Positions 34,943-48,710 of a stretch of DNA of 64,000 nt are shown here, one piece after another. Within the stretch, counting starts at the first letter, position 1, and each line of letters begins with the position of its first letter. The notes under the pieces are model-generated. The model was given only the letters and a program-made list of their open reading frames with translations. It searched no databases and had not been told where the DNA came from. The translations under genes were made by a program, and so were the position numbers. Source of the stretch: Lingula anatina (Eukaryota > Animalia > Brachiopoda); assembly GCA_051362555.1 (NCBI GenBank), contig CM120640.1, positions 67,558,788-67,622,787 on the forward strand. The letters run 5' to 3'.

Positions 34943-37900
34943 GCTGGAAAATGTATAAAGTCACAAATAAAAACATTGCTCATTATGCCTTCTGCAGAAA
35001 AAGAGGGACCATAACTTCCATCTAATTAGGTTTTAAATTTGAATGTTCACCAATAGTGTGGCTCCTAGTTTATACTCATATGATAACAAATTTACATCCA
35101 AATATTTCAATTTACAACAATAACAAAGACGTTGCTACACGAATATGCACAGTCTGAGGAACATCAAAATAAATACTGCACCCTGAAGACATTTTCCCTC
35201 ACTGAAAGCTGCTGGGCAATATGAGGAGGAGTTTTTTCTTCCTTTTTAAAGCCATCATGCTTGAAGTGTCAGTCATCTTGATTAGGCTGGTTAAAAAGTA
35301 AGTGAAAGTTATCAGATAATAATGCCGCAATAAGACAGTTTATGAACAATCAACTGTAACTGGTGATGTTATCTCGTGATAAGATATAAACTTATGCTGT
35401 ACCTGAGCGTTGTCATTTCATTGTTCTCATAATGTCAGACCAAAACTGACAGGTGATTAGCTCTGAGCTTAAGCCAAAATGGCATTTTAACTGAGTCAAA
35501 GTGACACAAACATATGTACCTTTAATCAAATCAATTCTTCAAGATATTCAAACTAAAAACAGTCCACCTGTGATAAAAAAACTCACTTGATTTCAGACAT
35601 ACAGATGGTTAAGACCATATAATCAAGTTAAAAAATCTAACAGGTGACCTACTTTAATATCCTTGTTTCAGTGCTTTAGAAAAAGAATGAGCTAAATAAA
35701 AATTTAATTTTTTTAACTTAATGATTATCTTGGTAAGGACCATAGATACAAGCCTGCAAGCTGAAAGGTAATTAGGAAATTACCTAATAACAAAGTTGGA
35801 GACAAACCCTTCTTCCTATTATGAGACTATTTCTGTTTGACTTTCTTTACAAGGAAACCAACAACTCTCCATACACGTATGTATATTTTGTACTTACTAC
35901 ATAGTTAAATTTGGAATACATCTGATTATATGATTAACTTAAAGAAGGTCTATATATATATATATGTATACGATTTAAAAATACATAATTTTCATCAGAG
36001 ATTTGTCAGTTTTCAATGAAATATTAGGTACATGTATGTTTGTTCTTTATTACAAGCCCAAAAAGTGAATTTTATCTACAAGGGCAAAATTCATCTTTAA
36101 TTCTTTCACATGTGTTGAAATAATGATTCCAGGGCTCTGCATTTACAGCTTGTTATTAGAGTTCTTCTCACCTTTTAAGTCAAACAACACAGATCTTAGT
36201 TGATGAATTACTAAAGACAATTGAAGAAATATAAGCATATGTTGAATACTCCTTCCCACAGTTAACCATGGCTATGAAAAAAAACCTAGGCTGTGCACTG
36301 TAGAAGAATCAAATTAAAACATATTAGTTAAACAATCAAATGTCTATTATAGTGTGCAACATTGTAAATTCAGCAACGAAATTCCAAACATTTCAGATAG
36401 AGAGCTAGGCTTGCCTAAGTAATAACAACTTAAAATCAATAATAGACATACAGAATTGTCATTCACCAAATTTAAAGGCAATTCTCAGCATCAGTGTGCA
36501 GAAAATGTTTATTTCTACTGCAACTGTGTGTATCTTTACTGAACATCTGTCCAGGTAATTCAAGTGATTTTGTTAATACACCGAAGAGTGTAGACACATT
36601 TCGACACATTTTTGATTTTGGTGGGCACTACTCTGAGTAGTGCATTATACTTACTAGCTAGTAGTAGTAGTAACTCTACCCGCTGTGTACGGTTACAAAT
36701 TGACATCAACAAGTAAAACGTACGTTAGACTTACTTGCCAACTGGTAGATGATTTTTCTACTTTGTTCTTTTGAAGTAGACCAAAAAATCGCCGATATCA
36801 GCCTTCCTCAGTCCCTCCACTTTAAGTGATTTCCTCCTACATGCTGTGTTTTCCTGAAGTAAATGGCTCTTAAAAGTAAACAAACATCGTACTCCATGTT
36901 TCTTATCATCTGTTAAATACTTCTACTTATCAAATCTTATATAAATCGAGCCTAATGTATTGATAAATCGATAGAGACGGACTGTACACGCTGAAGTCTC
37001 TCAGATTTGCCTGCGCTTTGTGCGCATGTGCAGAACGGATGGTTCACGCTCCGAGCCCTACACGCCACACCGGTTGCTAAGGCGTGTGACGTCAGCCCGA
37101 CTGTCCCTATAACGCTAACCAGGTATTAAAGAGGCAGATGATAGCCGATAAAATCCGTAGAGCACCATAACTGATAACAAATTACACCCAAGGAAATAAG
37201 TGAGTCTTCATAATGAAAGTCGAAACCCTGCCTGGGTATTTCCACACGTTTTTACAACACTCTTCACCCAAACTTTTTGGCTCTACTTATGTGCAGTGTA
37301 ACGGGTCCTACGAAAATACGAAAACCGCGAAAACCAGAAGTTGCTAGTCGAAAACCTCACTATAACTTACCAATTCTCGATGTTCTTGACAAGTTGCTGT
37401 AATATTTGGATAACTTGGACCATATTACATACATCATGACCTTTGATAACGATGTTGTAATGAATTGAGTGTGTAACAGCTGAGTTTTCTAGATCGGCAA
37501 CGTGGGAGCCATGTTTGGTTTACAATTGGCATATATAAACAGCAGTGTCCCATCAGGCCAGTATTGCCCTCTCAGGTTAGTAATGCTTTTCCAGGCAAGT
37601 AATTACTCTCTCAAGTACTAAATGAAGTGGATAACACAGATTACCTGCATTCTTAGTAATACAAAGTTTATTAATAAATAGGAATTAATAAATATGCACA
37701 AAGTAGAACTTTTTTTTTCATTCCAACCAGAAGTGAAACTACAATGCTTGTAAAAAGTGCCCATTTTAATACACCATACATGTAGAGTCTATATTGTATG
37801 AGCTGTGAACCTGAATAGAATTTACACTCCTACTTTTCCAAATATAAAATGAGTAGCATTGTTTAATAAAGTAACCAGCATAGAACAATTTATGCATGTG

Positions 37901-38223
37901 TTTTGTTGAAGATTGCCAAAAAGCAAATGAAGTTATGTATATCAAGATAGTCCATAACATGTTAACACCTTGGTATTTTCCAGTATTTGCTGAATATTGG
38001 CATGCTGTAATATCAAGGGACTGTTGACAGTTCTTATTTGCGAGGAAGTTGATCAATAGTAAATAATAGTGTGTGCTTGTATATTTCATTTGCCATATAT
38101 TTAAAGCATGTAATATACCAAACTTGGGCCAGTTTTGGGCCTTGCTTTGTCTTGGGCTTGCATTCTGCTTGGTATAATAAAAGGAATATGAAATAAAAAG
38201 TGTTAGTTTTCTTGTGAAGAATA

Positions 38224-38514
38224 TTATTACCTCTGCCAAGGAGGCTATGTTTTCACCCCTGTTTGTTTGTTTGTTTGTCATCATCATAACTAAAAAGTTA
38301 TGGATAAATTTCGATGGCATTTTGAGGGTAGGTTAGAAATGGGTTAACTTAGAAGTGATTAGTTTTTGGTGGTGATCTGGATCAATTATCAATCAATAAT
38401 AAAAAACTAAATCATTATAGAATGAAAATTTAGGAGTTAAATGGCATTGGATGGACACTCTGCTGATGGACACTCCTTAGTGGAGGTCTGCGGTCTCTTA
38501 GTGCTTTTCTAGTT
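38224..38514 (+). mobile_element. Short HINE-type element (stand-alone copy)
   Basis: ttattacctctgccaaggaggctatg, (gttt)n microsatellite, and 3' ggaggtctgcggtctcttagtgcttttctagtt. Confidence 0.7.
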
Positions 38515-39718
38515 GCCATTATTAATAAACTATTGTGTACACTTTGTACTTTAAAAGTATTATAAGTTCTCAACCAATGCATTTCTCAATGGTGTATAAT
38601 ATATTGGGAAAGGAAGGTAACATTTTTGAAACAGATCATTAGTCCACTATTCTGAATGTGGCCTATATTTGTAAAATTGTCAGCTCTCTACCGTATTAAT
38701 TCTCCTCTAAAACTTTATTCCTTTAAATATCTGGCCAAATAAGAATTATGCTTTGGCAATAGCATATAGCTCCCATATGATTTGAACTACTTTTGAAAGG
38801 GGACATTATTCTAGGTCAAAAACAAATGTTGCTTTAGTTCTAAATGCTTTAGCCATCATAAATGGGTTTAAACCCTGATAAAACTATAATCAATACTTAG
38901 ACAAATTATGAATCTACATATTTAAGGTCATAGATTGTGTTGCGCTTTACAGAGCACCCATACGTATTCATATGTAACATGTTCTAAGGCGAAATAAAAA
39001 AACTTCAGACAAATGCATTGAACGATTTGGATGTGTTTATTCTCAGAACTCGCTAGTCCGAAATGCAGACCGCATACACAGCACAAATTGCGTTTTCTTA
39101 AAAGAATTTTTGTATCTTTCTGATTACCATTGGGATTTACTTCCTACTGAATTCATGTCATTGTTTATATGTTATGATTGGATCAGTCCAATAAGTATTG
39201 TGGTTAGGAGGGTTAAGTTGACAATGGCTAATTGTTATCCGCAGGTGTAAAAGAAATGACTGAATTGCATATATTAAATTTGGTGTGGTAAAATGGTTCA
39301 TATTTTGTGAAGACCTGGGATTTCTTTCACACAAACAAGTTAACAAGCTAACAAACAGAAAAGTATTTTTTGAGACACACGTTATAAATACTTATTACAT
39401 CGAGTTAAAGATGCATCTAAAAATGCATATTCATCACATATTCTAATATCATAAAACAGCCAGAAGGCCAAGCACACAGTTGGGTAGAATTCTTAAAGGA
39501 AAAAAACATACAGTCTGTGTATTCTGGAAATTCAACACCTATGGGATCTTTAATTAACTGATGGTCATTATGATTGCATACTTTTCACAAACAAATGCAC
39601 CCTTGGATTCTAATTAAAATCAATTCATTATATTCTGTTAATTTTAAGTGCTCTCTGACCTTTTTTTTAATGAATTAACACAATCTATATACATCCATTT
39701 GAAAGAAACAGAAAATTG

Positions 39719-40545
39719 AACAAGGCAGCAAAGCTGTCAAATGTACAGACAAAAAACAGAAAATAAAGATGCAAAAAAAGGTCATTTTGTCAATTTTGAT
39801 GCAATAATAAATAATGCTTATAATAGCACTGTCAGTCAACACTGAATTTTAATCATGCACAACAGGTAACATGGTCAATAACAGGAGAGGACCTTGAGAT
39901 GTTTTCTGACAGTATTCCAAAGTATCTATGTTGATTCATCCTCCATTTTGATGGTCTTCCAACAGAAAAAAATAGATACCAGTCAATATAAACTTAATAA
40001 CCTGTCTTCCAGAAGACCCAGAAGATGGTCTCAATCCACCCCTTCAATAAGATTACAGTTTCAGGACCATGAGAGACCAAAGTCACATGATGAAAGTCTC
40101 AATATTTGAAAAATGATGACAGTGCATAAAATAATATTATATAATGTTTAAAGACATAAAAAACAATACAATTGCTTATGTGGAAATACAGAAAATGTGC
40201 AGAGCCTCGAGTGGATGAGAGTTAAAAGTCACAAATGCAAGTGTTTGAGAAAAAATTGTAAAGGAAAACATAACAACCACCGAGAGTGCAGACCTCTGCC
40301 AAGGCAGCAACTGTTGATTATTATTGATTGATTATTGAGCCAGACCACCACTAAAAACTAACCATTGTCCTCTTTGGCCCAATTCTGACAGTTCCTGAAA
40401 ATTTCAACAAAATTGGTCCATAACTTTTTGAGTTATGTTGATGACAGACAAACAAGGGTGAAAATATAACCTCCTTGGCAGAGCCTGAGGTAAATATAAT
40501 TTCAATGAAGCTGCAATTCAATGCAATTCAAACTTTTAATCTATG

Positions 40546-40604
<59 letters not shown>

Positions 40605-43600
40605 CAGAGCTTAACTTTTGGGAGTTTACAAGGAAATATCAACAAGTGTGCTTTATGTAATCTCCTTTAATGGCCTATCAATTAGGCAAATGACTTTATA
40701 ACTCAGAAATTAGCTAAGTGATACCCAAGGGATATTAACAGACTGACCCTCTCAAAGGTCTTTCAGGCCCATAAGTCACATCTTAAGAAAAGCACAAAAC
40801 AGTAATGCACAAAATAGGAGACTACCAATTCTGATGCAATAATACATTATGTTTTACTGCACAGTCAATATCAAATTTTAATTATGCACAACAGGTAACA
40901 ACAACGAAAGTAAAAGCATAAAGCTTCAGGCCCATCAGAGTTCAAGTTTATACTTAGAAAGTGCCAGAATGAGAAAAATGAAAATTTCACACAAAATTGC
41001 ATATATTCAATAATAAATGATAACCCAATTGACCTGGCTTTCTAATTTGAACTGCATGCCAATCCTAAAAATCATACTTGTAAGTTAAAAATAATAATAA
41101 GTAACACAGTTTTCTTTTCATAATGTTTGCAGTAGCAATGCAAAAATATTGTTGTCAATTTTGATGTAACATTACATAATAAATAATAGAATAATTATCA
41201 CCAATTTTTGATTATTGACAATAAATAGCATGGACATGTAGAAAATTTGATTACCATTCGGCTTCATGTCCATGGGAGCTCCGAATCCCATAATCAATAT
41301 GCCAAAAAGATAATGAATATTTCACTCAAATGTATAACTTCCAGAAAAAGAAGCCAATTAGACTGCTTTTCCAACGCATTCTGCATTTTAGTCCTGTGTC
41401 AATAAATAGCATGGACATGTAGAAAGTTTGATTACCATTCGGCTTCATGTCCATGGGAGCTCCGAGTCCCACAATGAATATGCCAAAAAGATAATGAATA
41501 TTTCACTCAAATGTATAACTTCCAGAAAAAGAAGCCAATATGACTGCTTTTCCAACTCATTCTGCATTTTAGTCCTGTGTTTCTTTTTTAAAGGTTTGAC
41601 AGATGGTGTCAAAAGGCTTTCTGTTCAAAGCACCTTGTCTGAGCCATGGCCTGGATTCTTCCATCTAAACCTGCTGTAAGGCCCCATTCTGAATAAATGA
41701 TCCGAGTACTAACCAACTGCTGACTAAATATGGCCGACCACACTTCAAAAGAGATGCCGCTGATTCCTGATGGTCTCCTCGCCTCCACATGTGCCATTAA
41801 ACGGATTAAATCTCGGCTATGAGCTATAATTGCTAGACCTCTGCAGCGCTGGCGTGTGTGGAGGTGGGGAGACCATTGAGAATCAGCAGCATCTCTTTTG
41901 AAGTGTGGTCGACCATATTCAGTCAGCGGATCAGTTAGTACTTGGATCATCTATTCTGAATGGGGCCTAAGTGTCCATAAGCAAAAGGCATAAAAGATTG
42001 TCCATATGGCCAGAGAGAGCAGAGCATTGGTCATAACACGGTTTTCCCATAATGGTCATCATGGCAGCAGCACCAAAAATTGTGTTTTCTTCTATTTTGA
42101 TGCAACATTACATAATGCTTAACAGCACAATGACCATCAATTTTTAATAATAGAATATTAGTCACATGAACATTCAGAAAACGTGACTAGCAAAGGTCTG
42201 CAGGCTCATGGAACTTCAAATTCACATCTTGAAAATGCCAATATGTGAAAAATTAAATTTTCACAAAAAACTGTTTAACTGCCAGAAAAAATGACCAAAC
42301 AGACTGCATTGCCTACTGAAGCTGTATTTTAGTCCCATGTTTCTTTCCTGTAAGTTAGAGAACAGTAAGTGATATGATTTTCCTTAAATGGTCATCATGG
42401 GAGCAGTGCCCAAAATAGGGGTTTCTTCAAATTTTGATGCAATATTACATAATGTTTAACAGCATAATGACCATCAATTTTTAATTGTAAAATATTAGTA
42501 TCACGGAAAATGTGACTAGCAAAGGTCTTCAGGCCCATGGAACTTCAAAGTCACATCTAAAAAATGCCAAAATGTAATCAAGATAGCACTGTTCTGAAAT
42601 GGGTTTATTTCCATTTTTAACATTTTTTTAACATAAAACAAAATAAACAGTTTATTGCCATTTTTATATGACCAACTAAGAAAATTGATGAGATGGGAAA
42701 AATATCAATAGAACAGTGTTAAATGTACAATTTCCTCCATTCTGAGATTCTGAACATAGTGGATGATTGAATCTGACAAACTGCAATCATATGAGTTTAT
42801 TTCCATTTTTGACACTTTATTACACAATACACGAAAACAAGTTTACAATCATTTTTACATAATCAATTAACAATGTTGTAAAGATGCAGGAAATATCAAA
42901 CAAACACTTCTACGTATCTTATTAGGTCAATAATGAGACTGTTAACATGCCTAAGAATTGAACCTGAGGAAATGTGAAAAAACAGCATAACTTCTAAAAT
43001 AAAGGCCCGATTATGCTGATTTTCGAACTCAACCTGCATTTTAGTTAGTTTGACTACTCCTGTGAGTATAATGACAATTGGCCTATCTGTTTTTCTTATA
43101 TTGTGTTATCAGTGTTGCATATATGTTGAAAAAAGTGAAAAAACAGCATAAATTCCCTAAAAATGGCCCGATCATGCTGATTTTCGAACTTGATCTGTGG
43201 ATTATAAATATTCATCAGTTTTATAAGTTTCAAGCCAAAAAGTTAAATGGTTTTCCACTTATCGTGTTATTGGTGCTGCATATATGCTGAAAAAAGGGAA
43301 AAAACAGCGTAACTTCCCTAAAAATGACCCGATCATGCTGATTTTCGAACTTGACCTGCGTATTATAAATATTCATCAGTTCTGTAAGTTTCAAACCAAA
43401 AGGTAAAACTGTTTTCCACTTATCGTGTTTACGGTGTTGCATATATGCTGAAAAAAGTGAAAAAAAAGCATAACTTCCCTACAAATAGCCCGATCATGCT
43501 GATTTTCGAACTTGACCAGCGTTTTATGAATATTCATCAGTTCTGTAACTTTCAAGCCAAAAGGTAAAACGGTTTTTCACTTATCGTGTTTACGGTTAAA

Positions 43601-43688
43601 GTGCACGCCAACGGCGACGGCGACAGCCCCGGCGACGACAGACGCAGATGACGGCTATATGTACAGACACATCTGTGTCTGTACATAA
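39719..43688 (-). mobile_element. HINE copy 2, inverted relative to 18166-22446
   Basis: Starts aacaaggcagcaaagctgtcaaatgtacagaca and ends atgtacagacacatctgtgtctgtacataa. Colinear reverse complement of copy 1, with about 3 units of the 161-bp repeat, a nested short HINE at 40278-40494 and a 181-bp duplication at about 41220-41580. Confidence 0.85.
41680..41967. mobile_element. Tourist/PIF-Harbinger-like MITE (288 bp)
   Basis: ggccccattc...gaatggggcc with imperfect TIR arms of about 110 bp; TAA TSD (41677-41679, 41968-41970). Confidence 0.85.
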
Positions 43689-46600
43689 AAAACCATGTCA
43701 CTTACTGTTCTCAAACTTACAGGAAAGAAACATGGGACTAAAATACAGCTTCAGTAGGCAATGCAGTCTGTTTGGTACTTCTTACTGCCAGTTAAACCTT
43801 TTTTTTTGTGAAAATTTAATTTTTCACATATTGGCATTTTCAAGGTGTGACTTTGAAGTTCCACGGGCTTGAAGACCCATGCTAGTCACATTTTCTGAAA
43901 ATCCATGATACGTGTATTTTATTATTAAAAATTGACGGTCATTATGCTGTTAACCATTATGTAATATGGCATCAGAATAGAAGAAAACACAATTTTGGGT
44001 GCTGCTGCCATGATGACCATTATGGGAAAACCATGTTACTTATGATTGCCAAACTTTCAAAAAAGAAATACAAAATGCAGCCTGAGTTGGAAAAGCAGTC
44101 TAATTGGCTTCTTTTTCTGGAAGTTATACATTTTCAAAGTGTGAACTTGTTACACATTTTACTTACATTGGTATTAACTGTTGAGCATAATTAAAATTTG
44201 ATGTTGAATTTGCAGTTTAACATAATGTACTTTTGCGTCAGAATTGACAGTAGCCTATTTTGTGCATAGTTATTTCCTGTTTTTTGTCTGTACATTTGAC
44301 AGCTTTGCTGCCTTGTTTTATGTACAGACACAGATGTGTCTGTACATATAGCCATCACCTGCGTCTGTCGTCGCCGTGCACTTTTACCGATAACACGATA
44401 AGTGGAAAACTGTTTTTCATTTCAGCTTGAAACTTACAGAATTGATAAATATTCATAATATGCAGGTCAAGTTCGAAAATCAGCCTGATCGGGCCATTTT
44501 TATGGAAGTTATGCTGTTTTTTCACTATTTCAGCATATGTGCAACACCGATAACACATTTCAAGGAAAATCAATAACCCAATCGTCTTGAAATTCACAGG
44601 GGTGATCAGATTTACTAAAATACAGATGAGGTTCGAAAATAAGCTTGATCGGTTCAGTTTTGGTGAAATTGTGCCTTTTTTTGTATATGTCTTTTTTCCT
44701 CGGATTTAATTCTTAGGCATGTTAACAATCTCATTTGTGAACTAATTAGTAATGTAAAGGTGTTATTTTGACATTTTCTGCATTTTAACAATATTGTTAG
44801 TTGATTATATAAAAATGATGGTAAACCTGTTATTGTGCATTGTGTAATAAAGTGTCAAAAATGGAAAGAAACTCATATCTTTACAGTTTGTCAGATTCAA
44901 TCATTCACCATGTTCAGAATCTCAGAATGGAACAAATTGGACATTTAAAATTGTTCTATTGATATTTTTCCTATGTCAACAACTTTCTTAGTTGATCATT
45001 TAAAAACGACAGTAAATTGATTATTTTGATATATGTAAAAAAGTGTTGAATGTGGGAAGAAATTCATTTCAGTAGTTATCTCTTGCGTACATTTTGGCAT
45101 TTTGAAGTTGTGACTCTGAACTTCCATGGCCCTGAAGACCTTTCCATATCAAATTTTCTGAATATCCGTGATACTTTTATTTTATTATTAAAAATTGATG
45201 GTCATTATGCTGTTAAGCATTATGTAATATTGCATCAAAATTGAAGACAACCCCATTTTAGACAATGCCTCCATAGTGACCATTAAAGGAAAACCATGTC
45301 ACTTACTGTTCTCAAACTTACAGGAAAGAAACATGGGACTAAAATACAGCTTCAGTAGGCAATGCAGTCTGTTTGGTACTTCTTACTGCCAGTTAAACAT
45401 TTTTTTTTGTGAAAATTTAATTTTTCACATATTGGCATTTTCAAGGTGTGACTTTGAAGTTCCACGGGCTTGAAGACCCATGCTAGTCACATTTTCTGAA
45501 AATCCATGATACGTGTATTTTATTATTAAAAATTGACGGTCATTATGCTGTTAACCATTATGTAATATGGCATCAGAATAGAAGAAAACACAATTTTGGG
45601 TGCTGCTGCCATGATGACCATTATGGGAAAACCATGTTACTTATGATTGCCAAACTTTCAAAAAAGAAATACAAAATGCAGCCTGAGTTGGAAAAGCAGT
45701 CTAATTGGCTTCTTTTTCTGGAAGTTATACATTTTCAAAGTGTGAACTTGTTACACATTTTACTTACATTGGTATTAACTGTTGAGCATAATTAAAATTT
45801 GATGTTGAATTTGCAGTTTAACATAATGTACTTTTGCGTCAGAATTGACAGTAGCCTATTTTGTGCATAGTTATTTCCTGTTTTTTGTCTGTACATTTGA
45901 CAGCTTTGCTGCCTTGTTTTATGTACAGACACAGATGTGTCTGTACATATAGCCATCACCTGCGTCTGTCGTCGCCGTGCACTTTTACCGATAACACGAT
46001 AAGTGGAAAACTGTTTTTCATTTCAGCTTGAAACTTACAGAATTGATAAATATTCATAATATGCAGGTCAAGTTCGAAAATCAGCCTGATCGGGCCATTT
46101 TTATGGAAGTTATGCTGTTTTTTCACTATTTCAGCATATGTGCAACACCGATAACACATTTCAAGGAAAATCAATAACCCAATCGTCTTGAAATTCACAG
46201 GGGTGATCAGATTTACTAAAATACAGATGAGGTTCGAAAATAAGCTTGATCGGTTCAGTTTTGGTGAAATTGTGCCTTTTTTTGTATATGTCTTTTTTCC
46301 TCGGATTTAATTCTTAGGCATGTTAACAATCTCATTTGTGAACTAATTAGTAATGTAAAGGTGTTATTTTGACATTTTCTGCATTTTAACAATATTGTTA
46401 GTTGATTATATAAAAATGATGGTAAACCTGTTATTGTGCATTGTGTAATAAAGTGTCAAAAATGGAAAGAAACTCATATCTTTACAGTTTGTCAGATTCA
46501 ATCATTCACCATGTTCAGAATCTCAGAATGGAACAAATTGGACATTTAAAATTGTTCTATTGATATTTTTCCTATGTCAACAACTTTCTTAGTTGATCAT

Positions 46601-46900
46601 TTAAAAACGACAGTAAATTGATTATTTTGATATATGTAAAAAAGTGTTGAATGTGGGAAGAAATTCATTTCAGTAGTTATCTCTTGCGTACATTTTGGCA
46701 TTTTGAAGTTGTGACTCTGAACTTCCATGGCCCTGAAGACCTTTCCATATCAAATTTTCTGAATATCCTTGATACTTTTATTTTATTATTAAAAATTGAT
46801 GGTCATTATGCTGTTAAGCATTATGTAATATTGCATCAAAATTGAAGACAACCCCATTTTAGACAATGCCTCCATAGTGACCATTAAAGGAAAACCAAGT
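43689..46900 (+). repeat. Near-identical 1601-bp tandem duplication of head-to-tail HINE units
   Basis: Junction gctttgctgccttg-tttt-atgtacagacac at 44316 and 45917. Duplicated ORFs 44355/45956 and 45050/46651 are offset by exactly 1601. Diverged HINE sequence continues to about 47500. Confidence 0.88.
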
Positions 46901-48710
46901 CACTTACTCTTCTCAAACTTACAGAAATGTAGCATAGCACTAAATAAATAGCTTCAGTTGGAAAACCTGTTATATCAGTTAACTTTCTTGGAAATTATAT
47001 AGTTTTTTGTTACAATTAAAATTTTCACATATGGACATTTTCAAGGTGTGACTTAGTCTTTGAACTTCCATTGGCTTGAATACCATTGCTTGTCACATCT
47101 TTTGAATAGCTATGATACATTTACTTTATTATTAAAAATTTATGGCCATTGTGCTGTTAAACATCATGTTAAATTGCATAAAAGATGAAAAAAAAAACTT
47201 TTTTGGACATCGCTGCTGGGATGACCATTAAGGAAAAACCATTTTACTTATGATATTCTAACTTATGGAAAAGTTTCATAGGACTGAAGTGTAGCTTGTG
47301 TTGGAAATCAGTGTGATTGTTTTCTGTTTTGGAAGCAATGCAGCTCTATAGAGTGCTATATGGGGCTACTGTTTATGGATGGTGGTAATTGTCCCTTGGG
47401 ATAATCACTAGCTATATTCAGAGCTATAAAATTACTTGCCTAATTAATTTTCAAGTGCCCATTAAATAAGATTACATTAAACACAGAACTCTTGTTGATT
47501 GCATTTGATAGATCTTGATAGAGCTTTGATAGAGCTAAGACTGCTAGTGGTGTCCTTTTTTTGGGGGGTTTTCCATATGAATGCGCTTACTCCAGCTGGT
47601 GGTACAATATCCGGAGGCAGTATCGCCTCTCTGATCCTCTAGTTATTATTATTATTATTATTTTTTTTGCACAGGAAGGCCAGTCACTAAGTAGTGGCTG
47701 CAAGTTATTAAGAAACGGTCGCCTCTTTATTAGTTCTGGCACTTTCAGATCTTAGTAACTTGAATTTAAACACTGTTTTAAGTATACTACTAGCCAATGA
47801 AAACGCGGCAAGTTATTGACTGCAAGATGCATGGTAGATTCTCACTCGGAACTACTCGGATGTCTCCGCACTCGACAATGACCTGGGACGTAATACGGAG
47901 GTATCCATATTGATTGTTGATTTGTTGGGAAGGAACTACTTTCAACCTCGCGCTAATTTAGACCACAATCCTTTCAACGTTTGTATCTGTTTATCCTTTA
48001 AATCAAAGTCAAACTAAGTGCATTGTTTGGCAAACTGTAAAGCATCATAAAAATCAGTAGTATTGACAGACATCTTTATGAGCAGAATAATTGATTGAGT
48101 GAGAAGGCATTTCCGGCGAACAAAATGCATGGATTTGATGCATATTTCTCCGCCTATCACATCCGAGGTCAGTATGGAGCTTGCGGAATGAGCCGAGGAT
48201 TGCCGATTGGGTAGATTCTCACATTGTAATTCAATGGGCTGAATTAAACGTGATTAAAACTTGAAAAAGACCACAGGTAATTACAAAAGCATTTTATTCA
48301 AACAGCTTTGATATAGATGAACAAGAAAATGTAAAAAACTGTGAAAAACTGCTTGAAAAATGAAAGTTACAGGGTGGTGGTGGGGGGTATACTACAAAAG
48401 TACCTTTGTGACAGGCTCCTGCAAACTGTGCTTTGTTGGGCCAAGGACCACTGTAAAAATACTCCTGTGACTCTTCCTGCTGCCACTGCGTAGACTCGAT
48501 TCTTTTCCTTGTTGGAATTGGAATTGGTCGGAAAGTTGGCGAGAATTTTCTCAGCTACCGTTGAATCCTAAATGTCTCCATTATTAAAAAAATGAGCGTT
48601 GTTCCATTTATCATGTAAAATGGCAGAATGAGAAATCTGACATTCTCACTAAGGTTACTGAGTTATGGAAAGCTGTAGATCTCAGCAAAGTCAAAGCTAA
48701 TGATGCCCTA

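Larger units (their letters stand above)
29641..37069 (-). mobile_element. Ginger-type DNA transposon (Gypsy-integrase-related), internally deleted
   Basis: TGT...ACA ends with imperfect ~40-bp TIR (tgtcacgtgta..gcgtgaaccatccgt / acggatggttcacgc..tacacgccaca). 4-bp TSD ccgg (29637-29640, 37070-37073). Spliced integrase remnants lie on the minus strand. Confidence 0.82.
27731..37108. mobile_element. Non-autonomous long-TIR element (ISL2EU-like, ~1.9 kb), right TIR split by a Ginger insertion
   Basis: Terminal agggacagtcgg / ccgactgtccct flanked by AT on both sides. The inverted repeat at about 27760-28025 matches about 29377-29640 and continues at 37074-37108. Confidence 0.75.

Noticed and set aside
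37766-38320. 184-aa minus-strand ORF
   Set aside because: It starts inside a short HINE and its microsatellite, has low-complexity AT-driven composition and shows no motif.
47500-48640. Possible LINE 5' UTR or separate element upstream of ORF1
   Set aside because: No TIR, TSD or ORF could be identified by eye, so it is left unannotated.
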